Virus record (IMG/VR): IMGVR_UViG_3300012665_000357
Location: 1-62,405 of that record
DNA: 62,405 nucleotides
Reading direction: 5' to 3' (one strand)
DNA from: a virus
Lineage: Duplodnaviria; Caudoviricetes
Below are positions 17,511 to 27,095 of this stretch, piece after piece (the first letter of the stretch is position 1; every line of letters begins with the position of its first letter). The notes below the pieces were generated by a model. That model worked only from the letters and a program-made list of their open reading frames with translations, did not search any database and was not told the DNA's origin. Both the position numbers and the translations under genes were made by a program.

Positions 17511-18736
17511 TTGTCAAATAATATTTTGTAAGATTCAGGGAAAGATGCTTCATAACTATTGTTTCTTCTTTGATCTAATTTAGATATTTGATCACGTAAA
17601 TTTAGTATAGTCTTTCTTTCTATTCCGTGAATATTTTGACAGCGTTGTCTTTCTATATCTCTATTAAGGTATCCCACAGCTTCTTTACAACAAACATGAT
17701 TCTGTATCGTGCTTGGTAGATTGTTGTAATAATCATTAATCTTATCTTTCATATGTTGAGGTAAATTATAAGCTGCAAAATAAGTTGGATCAAATAGAAA
17801 GTTTAAAGCTACAGTTCCGTAGGGTTCTAAACATTCAAGTATAGCAGGAACTTCCATGATATTTAAACTAGAAACTGTGATTAAAAATCTCATATCAAAA
17901 ACAAATTCTTGTTGCATTTTTAATTCTCTATATCTGTCCATATTTTTTAAGAAATTATTCCACTTACCTGGATATCGCATATATTCAAACTTGTCTCCTA
18001 TACCATCGATTGAAAATGTAATTTCAACCTGTTTAAAATGTTTCCAATAATTTATAAGATCTTGTTTATAGACAGTTCCGTTTGAATTATGAAAGAGATG
18101 AATATGTTTTGAGTAATTGTTCTTGACAAGATAATCTATATATCTATGATATAAATCATTTAACAACGGTTCGCCTCCAGACCAATCTATTCTACGTAGG
18201 TCTGGAGCCATTTTATGTAAGTCTTCTTCGATGATATCAGAAGTGTTGAAAGAAAACTTTTTCTGGTCTATTATAGGAATGTTTTCAAATTTATTCCATT
18301 CTTTTTCAATTTGATTGCTATTTCCAGGCCAACAATGTACACAGGCTAGATTACAAAGATTAGCAACACATAATTCAAGATGTCTTATTTTAGGATTTAA
18401 AATATTTTCTTCATTTATAAAATTTCGATATATGATGTTTTTATGGTTTCTAAGGCTAGTAATTCCTTTCGCTTCTTGTTTCCAACATGTGTCGCACGAT
18501 GAGATTTTTTTATTATCTAAAAAATCTTTCCTAATATCATTATAAAACTCGTCTGAGCTAGAATTAAAAATATCAGTAAACGTCTTTTCGTTAATATTTG
18601 AAGAGGTTGAATTTTGGTATTGATTATAATTAAAGTGACAACAGGGTGTTATTTGACCACTCCACTTGTTATTCACACTTAGAAAAGGCATAATACAAAA
18701 AGTATCCATGTCAATATTTTTACCGTTTATTTCCAT
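17507..18736 (-). CDS. radical SAM protein with N-terminal twitch-like domain (class A)
   Basis: FCIMPF..PCC..SCDTCW, then CNLACVHC, SGGEPL, FSIDG..EYMRYP. Confidence 0.92.
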   Translation of the reverse strand: MEINGKNIDMDTFCIMPFLSVNNKWSGQITPCCHFNYNQYQNSTSSNINEKTFTDIFNSSSDEFYNDIRKDFLDNKKISSCDTCWKQEAKGITSLRNHKNIIYRNFINEENILNPKIRHLELCVANLCNLACVHCWPGNSNQIEKEWNKFENIPIIDQKKFSFNTSDIIEEDLHKMAPDLRRIDWSGGEPLLNDLYHRYIDYLVKNNYSKHIHLFHNSNGTVYKQDLINYWKHFKQVEITFSIDGIGDKFEYMRYPGKWNNFLKNMDRYRELKMQQEFVFDMRFLITVSSLNIMEVPAILECLEPYGTVALNFLFDPTYFAAYNLPQHMKDKINDYYNNLPSTIQNHVCCKEAVGYLNRDIERQRCQNIHGIERKTILNLRDQISKLDQRRNNSYEASFPESYKILFDK

Positions 18737-18738
18737 AA

Positions 18739-20142
18739 TTAATTCCTAAATATATCTTTCATTTCTGCAAATGTATCATAGAACGATATTCCTCTATGGA
18801 CATCTATTTTTTCTAGATAGTCTTTCATCTCCGGCAATCTTCCACTCCAATCTTCTGACTTCATAAAGCTGATCATGCCGCGCAAACGTTTAACACCGTA
18901 ACCATTTGCTAGCCAACGTTCTTTACTTACTTTTCCTCTGTCTTTTTCAGATAGGCATAATTCCCAGTTTTCTTCAAACCAAGGAATAAACTCTTCGTAC
19001 TTACGTTCACACGCATCTTTGAACCATTGTGGCAATACCTTTACATTTAAGAACGCTGGCCAGTAGACAAAGTGATAATTGATACCTCCTGCTCCCAACG
19101 GCCACATATTAACTTTCTTAAAGTTCTGTTGTAGTTTCCATTTTAAGAAGTCTGGAATATAATATATGTTTAGGGCGTTTACTGCACAGGCAATAGTTAC
19201 TTCTACATTGTCTGTTGTTTGTTCATCAAGTATGCGGAACACTTCTTGTGTGCGCTCCCACTTACTAGGATAACGAATGTATTCATTCATAGCACCTATA
19301 CTGTCTACACTGTAGTGGAAACGCACAATTTTAAAGTGGCTCCATAACTCAAATAGATCTTCACGCCATTCAACTCCGTTGCTGTTATAACGAATCTCAA
19401 TGTCTTTAGCACGACCTTGACGAATAATCTCTTCTAGAATTTCATAGTGTTCGTCGATGATTAGTGGTTCGCCACCGGCAAAGTATACCTGTTGCATATG
19501 TGGAATTTGTTCATAGAACTGTTGCCAGAACACAGGATTTTGTTTGTGCCAGTTGTAGCTACTGCCGTTGATACTGCCCTTGTTGTCCCATTGCCAAATC
19601 TTCTTAACGCCTTCGTTTTCTAATGTGGGAAATACTTTCTGCCAATCTTTGATCCACCCACTGCTGTCGTGCGGACTGCACATGATACAGGCTAGTTGGC
19701 ACTTAGTGCCAAACCGCAGATCAATGTAGGCTAATTGTGGAGGAACACTGCCGTCTTCGTTAGTTTCATTAATCAACTTGTCTACGCTAACACGCTGACT
19801 CCAATACTCAGTTTCCCACATTCGTTTGCTATTATGCCCAGACGCTTCTTCTTTATAGCATTTAGTACAACTAGGCGGTTGTTCGCCTGCAAGCATCTGC
19901 TTACGAACATTCTTCATATAGTTGCTGTTCCAGGCTGTTTGAAAGTCTGTGTTATTGAGATTACTAGGAAGTCCCTCGTCATCTTTGAGCACACCAACTT
20001 GGGCACCTCCAAGTTTTTTATCGTTACTGGCTCCTACTCCGCTGGCGTTGGCTGTACAGCATACTCGCATACTGCCATCGGGGCGTGTGCTAAGATGTAC
20101 CCAAGGAAGGATACACCAAGTTTTTGAAGGATAGTTATTCAT
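18739..20142 (-). CDS. radical SAM protein with N-terminal twitch-like domain (class A)
   Basis: WCILPW..VCC..SCTKCY, then CQLACIMC, AGGEPL, EYIRYP; start revised to ATG 20142. Confidence 0.92.
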   Translation of the reverse strand: MNNYPSKTWCILPWVHLSTRPDGSMRVCCTANASGVGASNDKKLGGAQVGVLKDDEGLPSNLNNTDFQTAWNSNYMKNVRKQMLAGEQPPSCTKCYKEEASGHNSKRMWETEYWSQRVSVDKLINETNEDGSVPPQLAYIDLRFGTKCQLACIMCSPHDSSGWIKDWQKVFPTLENEGVKKIWQWDNKGSINGSSYNWHKQNPVFWQQFYEQIPHMQQVYFAGGEPLIIDEHYEILEEIIRQGRAKDIEIRYNSNGVEWREDLFELWSHFKIVRFHYSVDSIGAMNEYIRYPSKWERTQEVFRILDEQTTDNVEVTIACAVNALNIYYIPDFLKWKLQQNFKKVNMWPLGAGGINYHFVYWPAFLNVKVLPQWFKDACERKYEEFIPWFEENWELCLSEKDRGKVSKERWLANGYGVKRLRGMISFMKSEDWSGRLPEMKDYLEKIDVHRGISFYDTFAEMKDIFRN

Positions 20143-21454
20143 TAAATAATTCTGCGTATTGGGGGACAATTTCTAAAATTGATTGGTTACGAATTTCGTC
20201 TAGTTTCTTTGTATTTTTAATAAACGAACCCAGATGTTGTCCCAGATCTTCTTCGATCATATAATTTATGACTCCGTCTAGTACAGTAACTGCATTTTTA
20301 TAAATATGATCATCATATTTTTTAAACTGTTCTTTTTTATTTTCAAAGGTGATCTTTATATCGTTTTTTATGTGGTTAGGCAACATTCGAATATTTAAGC
20401 TCTGGGGGTGGTGTGCCACATGATGAGTAATTATTGGTTTTTTCTTACTGGAATTTATTTTCTTGTAATTTTGTTCTAGTTTCCATATCATAAAATCTGG
20501 AAGATGATAGACATTTAAAGCTGTGACTGTGTAAGCTAACCAAGCGTATACGTTTTCTGGAAGTTCGTCAATCTTCTTGAGATTTTTTTCTATCTGATTC
20601 CATTTAGCAGGATATCGTTGATATTCTAGAATCTTACCGTAGCCATCAACGCTTGCACCTATTCTTACTGCTTTGAACTTTTTCCAAAGTTCTAGTGCTC
20701 TAGGTTGAAGGCTTGTTATGTTTGTGTTGTATTCAAGGATTATTTTTTTAGCAACATCTGCCTGAATACACTTTTCAAGAAAGTCGTAATGACGTTCTAT
20801 CAGCATTGGTTCACCTCCGGCCATATAGACGTATTCTATTTGTTCTAAATTTTGTTCTATTTGATTCCAAAAAGAAGGACTATCATGCCAATCATAATCG
20901 TTATTTGCTGTTATCCATCTGTCTTTGTTGTTTTTAATCAACTTTACATCGCCGTGTGTATCTTTGTAGTCTGTTTTTCCAGACATCTCTACATAATCTT
21001 TATACCATGTGTGACTGTCTGTCGGCCCGCACATTCTACAGGCTAAGTTACAGAGATTTCCAAATCTCAAATCATAATAGATTGTAGGTACAAAATTAGT
21101 ATCTATACTTCCGTCATTGTTAGTTACATTTCTTGCCCAATCAATATTATATTGTTGACCCCAACTATCGTTTTCGTAGTTTCTTCTGCTGATCAGTTTT
21201 GCATTTTCTTCACTTTTACATCTTGCACATTCTTCGCTCCAGCGGCCATCCAGCATGTTCAATCTAACAGATTTAAGTAAATCTGCGTTTCGTGCCAAAG
21301 ACAGATCATCGACTCCAGCATTGAAACTTTCACCATCTGGATGTCTCACCACTCCTTGATTTTTAGTTACATTGGCCTGACAACATATTCTTATATCGCC
21401 ATTGTTTCTAACTGCTTGAAAAATCCAAGGTATAGGACAAAAAGTATCATTCAT
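20135..21454 (-). CDS. radical SAM protein with N-terminal twitch-like domain (class A)
   Basis: FCPIPW..ICC..ECARC, then CNLACRMC, AGGEPM, EYQRYP. Confidence 0.92.
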   Translation of the reverse strand: MNDTFCPIPWIFQAVRNNGDIRICCQANVTKNQGVVRHPDGESFNAGVDDLSLARNADLLKSVRLNMLDGRWSEECARCKSEENAKLISRRNYENDSWGQQYNIDWARNVTNNDGSIDTNFVPTIYYDLRFGNLCNLACRMCGPTDSHTWYKDYVEMSGKTDYKDTHGDVKLIKNNKDRWITANNDYDWHDSPSFWNQIEQNLEQIEYVYMAGGEPMLIERHYDFLEKCIQADVAKKIILEYNTNITSLQPRALELWKKFKAVRIGASVDGYGKILEYQRYPAKWNQIEKNLKKIDELPENVYAWLAYTVTALNVYHLPDFMIWKLEQNYKKINSSKKKPIITHHVAHHPQSLNIRMLPNHIKNDIKITFENKKEQFKKYDDHIYKNAVTVLDGVINYMIEEDLGQHLGSFIKNTKKLDEIRNQSILEIVPQYAELFNE

Positions 21455-21463
21455 TATATTATT

Positions 21464-22636
21464 CTATTTAAATTGTTCGCTAAATGCATCATATTTAGTG
21501 CCACATGTTTTAGCGCAGACTGCTAGTTTGCCATCAGCACAACTAGATTTCCCCCAACTATTGGGAATAACTTCTTGCATAAATTTTCCGTTAACAATGC
21601 TTTCTAAATTTAATTTAGTAGCATTAAGATTGTCTTTGCCAACTTGCTCTATTAAGTTCCATATTTGTCCACCTTTAGGAGTCCAATACCAAACATACAT
21701 TTGTCCAGCTGTCCAACAACAAGGTTGCACAATACCTTCTGCACTGATGTACAAACTTTTTTCTTCTGCAACTTTACACTTAATAGGAACTTCGTCCCAA
21801 TATTTTTCCATCGGTTTTTTCTTTGCAGTATCTGTGTGGAAGATCTGCGGGAATGTATAACCTTCTAAATCTTCTTGGCGGCTAGGAAGGAATTTAATAG
21901 GAACTTCTGATTTGGCAATTTTGCTAAGTTCTTCTAAAGCAGCATTTCGATATTTAGGATTAGTGGGTGCTTGTAATAATGTGGTTGCTATTCCTTTGCG
22001 ATTAGCAGCCTGATGCATTTCTTTAGTAACACCGCTAGCATTGCTAAAGAATCTAGCAGATTTTTTAAATTGAAATTTCTCAAATCCCATAGATTTTGAC
22101 AATGCTTCCGCGGCATCTACTTGATGTTCATTGTGAGCAAATACAATATAGTCCCATCTTGCTCTGCCGCCGGCGGCAATAAACGCAGATGCATTTTCCA
22201 TAATTTTAGACCAAACGGTATTTTGTCTATATAGATGATTAGTGTCTTCTAGTCCATCAATACTAAATGTAACATAACCTCTAGGACCTAATACTTGTGC
22301 AAGTGTTTTCCACCACTCAGGTTTCTTGGCAGAGCCGTTTGTCATCATGCTGAGATTCATTTTAGGATTGTGTTCTCTAAAATAAGCAAAGGCTTCTAAA
22401 GTATCTCTAGCAGCAATTGGATCTCCATAGTTGCCGCACATGTACATGCGATCTAATTGTGCTATAAAGTTAGACTTGAATATTTTCTTAATATCATCTA
22501 TAAAAAGCTCAGTACCCGGAACTTGCGGATTTTCTTGGCCGCCATTAATGTTACGAGCGCACATAGGACAGGCTGCATTACAGTTATCTGTAATTTCTAA
22601 GTGTACTGTCTTAATTTCATTATATGTGTATAACAT
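21464..22636 (-). CDS. radical SAM protein with C-terminal SPASM/twitch domain (class B)
   Basis: CNAACPMC, GNYGDP, SIDGLEDTNHLYR, QPCCW, CAKTCG. Confidence 0.92.
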   Translation of the reverse strand: MLYTYNEIKTVHLEITDNCNAACPMCARNINGGQENPQVPGTELFIDDIKKIFKSNFIAQLDRMYMCGNYGDPIAARDTLEAFAYFREHNPKMNLSMMTNGSAKKPEWWKTLAQVLGPRGYVTFSIDGLEDTNHLYRQNTVWSKIMENASAFIAAGGRARWDYIVFAHNEHQVDAAEALSKSMGFEKFQFKKSARFFSNASGVTKEMHQAANRKGIATTLLQAPTNPKYRNAALEELSKIAKSEVPIKFLPSRQEDLEGYTFPQIFHTDTAKKKPMEKYWDEVPIKCKVAEEKSLYISAEGIVQPCCWTAGQMYVWYWTPKGGQIWNLIEQVGKDNLNATKLNLESIVNGKFMQEVIPNSWGKSSCADGKLAVCAKTCGTKYDAFSEQFK

Positions 22637-22854
22637 TATTCTATTACTAATTTTATATCTTTGGCAGGGCCTACTCGACTAGGAAGGTCTCCGTATTTTT
22701 CTACATAATCTTTGATCACGGCCTTATACCAATTTTGACTATTATGATATGCCTGTACATTATACTTATAGATATTATTATTAGTAGCTTCCATTACCGT
22801 TAATGCTCTAGCTGCTTCTTTTTGCAGATCTCTTAGTTCTAAATCATCTATCAT
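22636..22854 (-). CDS. small hypothetical protein (72 aa)
   Basis: Coupled by ATGA and TAATG overlaps inside the rSAM operon. Confidence 0.8.
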   Translation of the reverse strand: MIDDLELRDLQKEAARALTVMEATNNNIYKYNVQAYHNSQNWYKAVIKDYVEKYGDLPSRVGPAKDIKLVIE

Positions 22855-23681
22855 GGTCTACCTATAAGCATAACACGCTTATAACCTTTTAATTGCAGCT
22901 CACCTTCATATAATACTTCTTTCATCGGAAACTTTTTCTTCATATGACTAACGCTGTGTACACAGTTAACATGACCATCACCATCAAACATATTATTACT
23001 TTGGATAGCAACAATAGGATTAGATTCTAATTGTTTAAATCTAATTTGATGAAACCATTCTTCTGACATGTGCTCGGCACTAGTATTGATGATTAAATTT
23101 GGAGTAAATTTTTCTGTAAATTTACTACTCTCTTTAAAGTTTTCAATTTCCCACTCATATCCATTTTGATGTAATGTTAAATTGTTAATATCTGCACAAA
23201 CTGCTTTTACTTTGTAATTATCAATGTCATTTATATTAAAAATATAGTCGCTAGCATTACAGGCGTCTTTATCTAATTCAACGTTTCGTAACTTACAATA
23301 TGTTAATCTTTTTTCGTAAATAGATTTTAATTGTCCATACCACCCAGCAAGAAAAACTATGTTATCGTAATGGTCGTTAATTCTTGCTAGTTCTTCAATT
23401 AACCATACTTTACTTTTAATTTGACTTCTGCTAAATGCATCATAGATGTGGGGGTTGTTTACCTTCTTTGTGTAATTAAAAATACTTCTAAAAATTTTAT
23501 CTTTGTTGTCTTGTTCATTTAAATGTTTGATACAATATTCAAGAATTGCAGTTTGTATGTCGTTGCTATCGAGAATTTTAACAAATTCTCTAAGAAACCT
23601 TGCTTGTTCTTCATTATCTTTAAATTTTAAATATTCTTCTAAACCAAAGAGTACTTCTCGTACACCGGAAGATTCTTTCAT
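22851..23681 (-). CDS. class I SAM-dependent methyltransferase-like protein
   Basis: Motif I-like IVFLAGWYG, acidic NVELD, ADIN, IINTSAEH; start revised to 23681 (ATGA overlap). Confidence 0.7.
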   Translation of the reverse strand: MKESSGVREVLFGLEEYLKFKDNEEQARFLREFVKILDSNDIQTAILEYCIKHLNEQDNKDKIFRSIFNYTKKVNNPHIYDAFSRSQIKSKVWLIEELARINDHYDNIVFLAGWYGQLKSIYEKRLTYCKLRNVELDKDACNASDYIFNINDIDNYKVKAVCADINNLTLHQNGYEWEIENFKESSKFTEKFTPNLIINTSAEHMSEEWFHQIRFKQLESNPIVAIQSNNMFDGDGHVNCVHSVSHMKKKFPMKEVLYEGELQLKGYKRVMLIGRP

Positions 23682-24358
23682 AGTTGTTCCTTGAATTTGC
23701 TGTCTAACCATTCAAAGTCATTGATTAACTTTAATGCTTCTAAATTTCGTTTATTTTTAATGCCATACTTAGAACCTGCAATGGCCCCTTTAATAGCATA
23801 TTCTCCGTAGGGTTTATCTGCCCCCAATTGACACCATGCTTGTAGTCTTTTCGAAGTCTCGTCTGTTACTTGTCTATCAATAATTCGACTACTCAATTTA
23901 ACGCACTCTCTAAATGCGCTTTTCCAAGTATTAAACGGATCAGTATTAAACGTGTTAATATTGCTTACTTGATCAAGTGCTTTAAATTTTTTACTAATAC
24001 TAGTAGTCATATCTGTATTACTAGTATCCATATTAATAGTCATTTTTCTTGGGAATAGTTTTACGCCGCCGTTGCCGTATTCTAATCCGTTAACAGGATT
24101 ACAACTCCTCCATACATGCACTACGTCTAAATCCCAACTAGACACAATATGATCAAATTTGAATGTATCAACAACTTCAGCATCTCCGTCAACTATCCAA
24201 AACATCTTTGTCATGCATTGTTCTGCTGCTTTTATATGAGCCTGATGGATTCCCTTTACGCCATGCACACGTTTAGCTAATGGAAATCTGTCTGTTAATT
24301 TACGCCAGTTTTCGTCTGCATTTATTTCTTGATAACTTATAAAAACAATATCATACAT
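23678..24358 (-). CDS. GT-A-fold glycosyltransferase-like protein, paralog of 25568..26497
   Basis: DIVFISY.E, KRVHGV.G...AH, DxD in WIVDGD, YGNGGVK, W...FRE.VK. Confidence 0.7.
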   Translation of the reverse strand: MYDIVFISYQEINADENWRKLTDRFPLAKRVHGVKGIHQAHIKAAEQCMTKMFWIVDGDAEVVDTFKFDHIVSSWDLDVVHVWRSCNPVNGLEYGNGGVKLFPRKMTINMDTSNTDMTTSISKKFKALDQVSNINTFNTDPFNTWKSAFRECVKLSSRIIDRQVTDETSKRLQAWCQLGADKPYGEYAIKGAIAGSKYGIKNKRNLEALKLINDFEWLDSKFKEQL

Positions 24359-25571
24359 TTTTTAAAACATCCTGTAGTTCTGGAATAACAGTGTAGGTAT
24401 TTTCATTTCTTAGTTCGTCTAATTTAGCCGTTAAATCTATAAATCTCTTTTTAGCTTCGCTATCATGTGGCAAAGAAAGCTGCTGTATTATATAAGAAAA
24501 ACTATCACTTAGATCAACTGCATACAATGTTTTCATTTCTTCAATAAACGCTAAAAGATCTTTTGCAATTTTTTCTTTAAACAAGTCACTTAGTATAGAC
24601 ACATGATAATGTTTAGGGTATTCTAATAAATTTATAAAAAAGTTTTTATAGTTGTGTTCTTTAGTAATAATACCAATACTAATCAAACGTTGAATAATAT
24701 CAGGCAATCTAAAAACATTCATTGCACCCACTGTTATACCCGGAGCCATATAAACACCTAGCTCTTTAACAGTTAGTAAATTTTCTTCTACTTGTTCCCA
24801 TACTGTGCCTTTGCGTATTAATTCTGCACGATCACCTATCTCATCAATACTAGGCCAAATTTCAACTTTGTCTTTAGCCCATTTTTTCCAATAGTCTAGT
24901 ACATTCTTACCTTTATGTTCTAAAGTAGACATGTTAGTATTATATTGAATTCTAACATTAAATCTCTCATGCTTGTAAAGAAGATCTAATATCGTATAAT
25001 GTTCATCCATTAATAAAGGTTCGCCGCCAGCAAAATAAATTTTTTCAACTTCGTGTATATGAGACAATAAAAAATCTAATTTGTTTTGTCCTTGTACCGA
25101 ATTAATGGTTAATATTTTATCTTGATCGTTATCGCCGTACAGTTTTTTATTATCTGGCAACCAGGCAGAACTGTACTTGGGACCGCAACTTCTACATCTA
25201 AAATTACAAATATTACTAAATCTAAAATCCCAGTATTTTAATTCTAATTTATCACAATGGCCATCTTCTTTTGTAATATCTTTTATTTCAGTTAACTTAG
25301 ACGGAAAATATCTATTTTGATGGATCCTATTACTAATACCAGTTGCAGCTTCTTTATTAAAACATTTAGAACACGGCTTAGGTTGCACACCTTGCATCAT
25401 TTCTCTGCGAAGGCGTTTCATATTTTCACTGTTCCAAATATCTTCTATTGAATCCGTATTAAGATCGCCTGCCCAATATTCGTGTGCAGAAATCATGCAG
25501 CAGGGATTAACTTTGCCGTCAGGATCAAAGTTAAGATGCAACCAAGGAATTACACAAAGTGTGTTACTCAT
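24351..25571 (-). CDS. radical SAM protein with N-terminal twitch-like domain (class A)
   Basis: LCVIPW..PCC..PCSKCF, then CNFRCRSC, AGGEPL. Confidence 0.92.
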   Translation of the reverse strand: MSNTLCVIPWLHLNFDPDGKVNPCCMISAHEYWAGDLNTDSIEDIWNSENMKRLRREMMQGVQPKPCSKCFNKEAATGISNRIHQNRYFPSKLTEIKDITKEDGHCDKLELKYWDFRFSNICNFRCRSCGPKYSSAWLPDNKKLYGDNDQDKILTINSVQGQNKLDFLLSHIHEVEKIYFAGGEPLLMDEHYTILDLLYKHERFNVRIQYNTNMSTLEHKGKNVLDYWKKWAKDKVEIWPSIDEIGDRAELIRKGTVWEQVEENLLTVKELGVYMAPGITVGAMNVFRLPDIIQRLISIGIITKEHNYKNFFINLLEYPKHYHVSILSDLFKEKIAKDLLAFIEEMKTLYAVDLSDSFSYIIQQLSLPHDSEAKKRFIDLTAKLDELRNENTYTVIPELQDVLKNV

Positions 25572-26497
25572 TCTGGGTCAATTATTCCTTGAGGTGTTCT
25601 TACTGGGTTTTTATACACTTCTTTAAAAAATTTACTCTGTTCTGCAGATAATACCTGTGCTACAGGTAACCCTAGATCATTGCCTAACATAGATCCTAAC
25701 TCTGTACACTTTTCTAAAATGTTATCATTATTGACGGTTGGCTCAACAGTCGTTTTCCATAAGTTGTTTAGATACGTAAAGTCTCGAACATTAACATAAT
25801 CCCAATCAGTAAGATTAGTCATCTGACATCCAAGTCTTGCACCATACATTGCCCATAATCCGTTATCAACATCTGCGCCGATACTCATCCAAATTAACAG
25901 TCTATGATAATTTTTCCAATGTAGATCAGTTGACAGTTTGCTAACGTCGGGTAGTTTAACTCCGCGATCTAAACTCATCTTTACACCTTCGCGGAATCCT
26001 GCCCTCCAGGCTTGCCACGGAGTAGCATTATTATAAACATCACTATAACAGCCGTTCATTTGAATGTAGTTAATATCCCAACAAAAATCAACCTGGCTAT
26101 GTGGATTAGTAGGATCGGCATTTTCGTGAGTTTTCATATCTAAAACAAACTGTGTCGGCCAACATTTGATTCCGCCGTTACCATATAATAAACCATTGAT
26201 AACATTGTGTCCACACCAAGAAATCACCGAACCTGAAAGGTCTTGCAGTTCTTCAAACTTAAGGACTTGATTTACAAAGTCAGGTCTTACAATGTTATCA
26301 CCGTCAATTGTAATAAATCTTTCTGTATCTGCAAGACGAGCACAGGCTTTATGTGCAGCATCACTACCTTCAACACCGTGTACACGTTTGGCCCAAGGTA
26401 CCTTAGTTAATAGGTCAGCATAATTTTTTTCAGCATTTGGCTCGTCATAGCTGAGGTAAACAATATCATAATCAATAATATTAATAGCTTTAGACAT
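25568..26497 (-). CDS. GT-A-fold glycosyltransferase-like protein
   Basis: DIVYLSYDE, KRVHGVEG..AH, DxD in TIDGD, YGNGGIK, AWRAGFREGVK. Confidence 0.7.
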   Translation of the reverse strand: MSKAINIIDYDIVYLSYDEPNAEKNYADLLTKVPWAKRVHGVEGSDAAHKACARLADTERFITIDGDNIVRPDFVNQVLKFEELQDLSGSVISWCGHNVINGLLYGNGGIKCWPTQFVLDMKTHENADPTNPHSQVDFCWDINYIQMNGCYSDVYNNATPWQAWRAGFREGVKMSLDRGVKLPDVSKLSTDLHWKNYHRLLIWMSIGADVDNGLWAMYGARLGCQMTNLTDWDYVNVRDFTYLNNLWKTTVEPTVNNDNILEKCTELGSMLGNDLGLPVAQVLSAEQSKFFKEVYKNPVRTPQGIIDPE

Positions 26498-27095
26498 TTA
26501 ATAGTTTCCCATAAGAATTAAAAGTTTTAAGAGTAGTAATGTCAACACAATCTAAATCATTTTCATATTGAGAAGAAAACAATGTCGAGTATCCTGTAAC
26601 AAGTTGATCTAGTGTACATTCTATTGTGTTTAATAAAAAATTAGGGTTATCTTTTAACGAGACATAAAATTTTATAGATTGATGTAAGTTATCAGTGTCA
26701 ATTTTATCTTTACCAGTATCCGTTAGTACAAACTTCCAAAGAGTATGTTTAACATCTTGTAAAATTAATAAATCAACACTATGTGTAGATTCTATTGTTG
26801 GGATAAAGAACAGCCCTTTGGCAACTGTTATATGTTTATGCTTTTCAATAAATGTAGCAGTAGTTAACCCCGGGTTTTTTATTTTAAAAGAAGAAACGTT
26901 TTTCTTACCTGAAATAAAATCTTCAACTAATTTTCCATTTACTTCTATAAAAGAATAGTTAGTATTTTTTTCTCTAACAATAGATACAATAGAACCGTCT
27001 GTTTCGTAATGAATATAAAACTTAGTCGATAGATTAGAAACTGCTGCAGCCTTATCTAATTCTTCTTGACTTAAATATTCTATCTCTTCAGACAT
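26490..27095 (-). CDS. hypothetical protein
   Basis: 201-aa ORF with 8-nt overlaps on both sides. Confidence 0.8.
   Translation of the reverse strand: MSEEIEYLSQEELDKAAAVSNLSTKFYIHYETDGSIVSIVREKNTNYSFIEVNGKLVEDFISGKKNVSSFKIKNPGLTTATFIEKHKHITVAKGLFFIPTIESTHSVDLLILQDVKHTLWKFVLTDTGKDKIDTDNLHQSIKFYVSLKDNPNFLLNTIECTLDQLVTGYSTLFSSQYENDLDCVDITTLKTFNSYGKLLNV

Noticed and set aside
11194-25571. Reading the rSAM genes as MoaA/PqqE/NirJ cofactor biosynthesis or a classical RiPP cluster
   Set aside because: No moaC, pqq or nir partners, peptidase, transporter or clear precursor peptide; the context is GTs and virion genes
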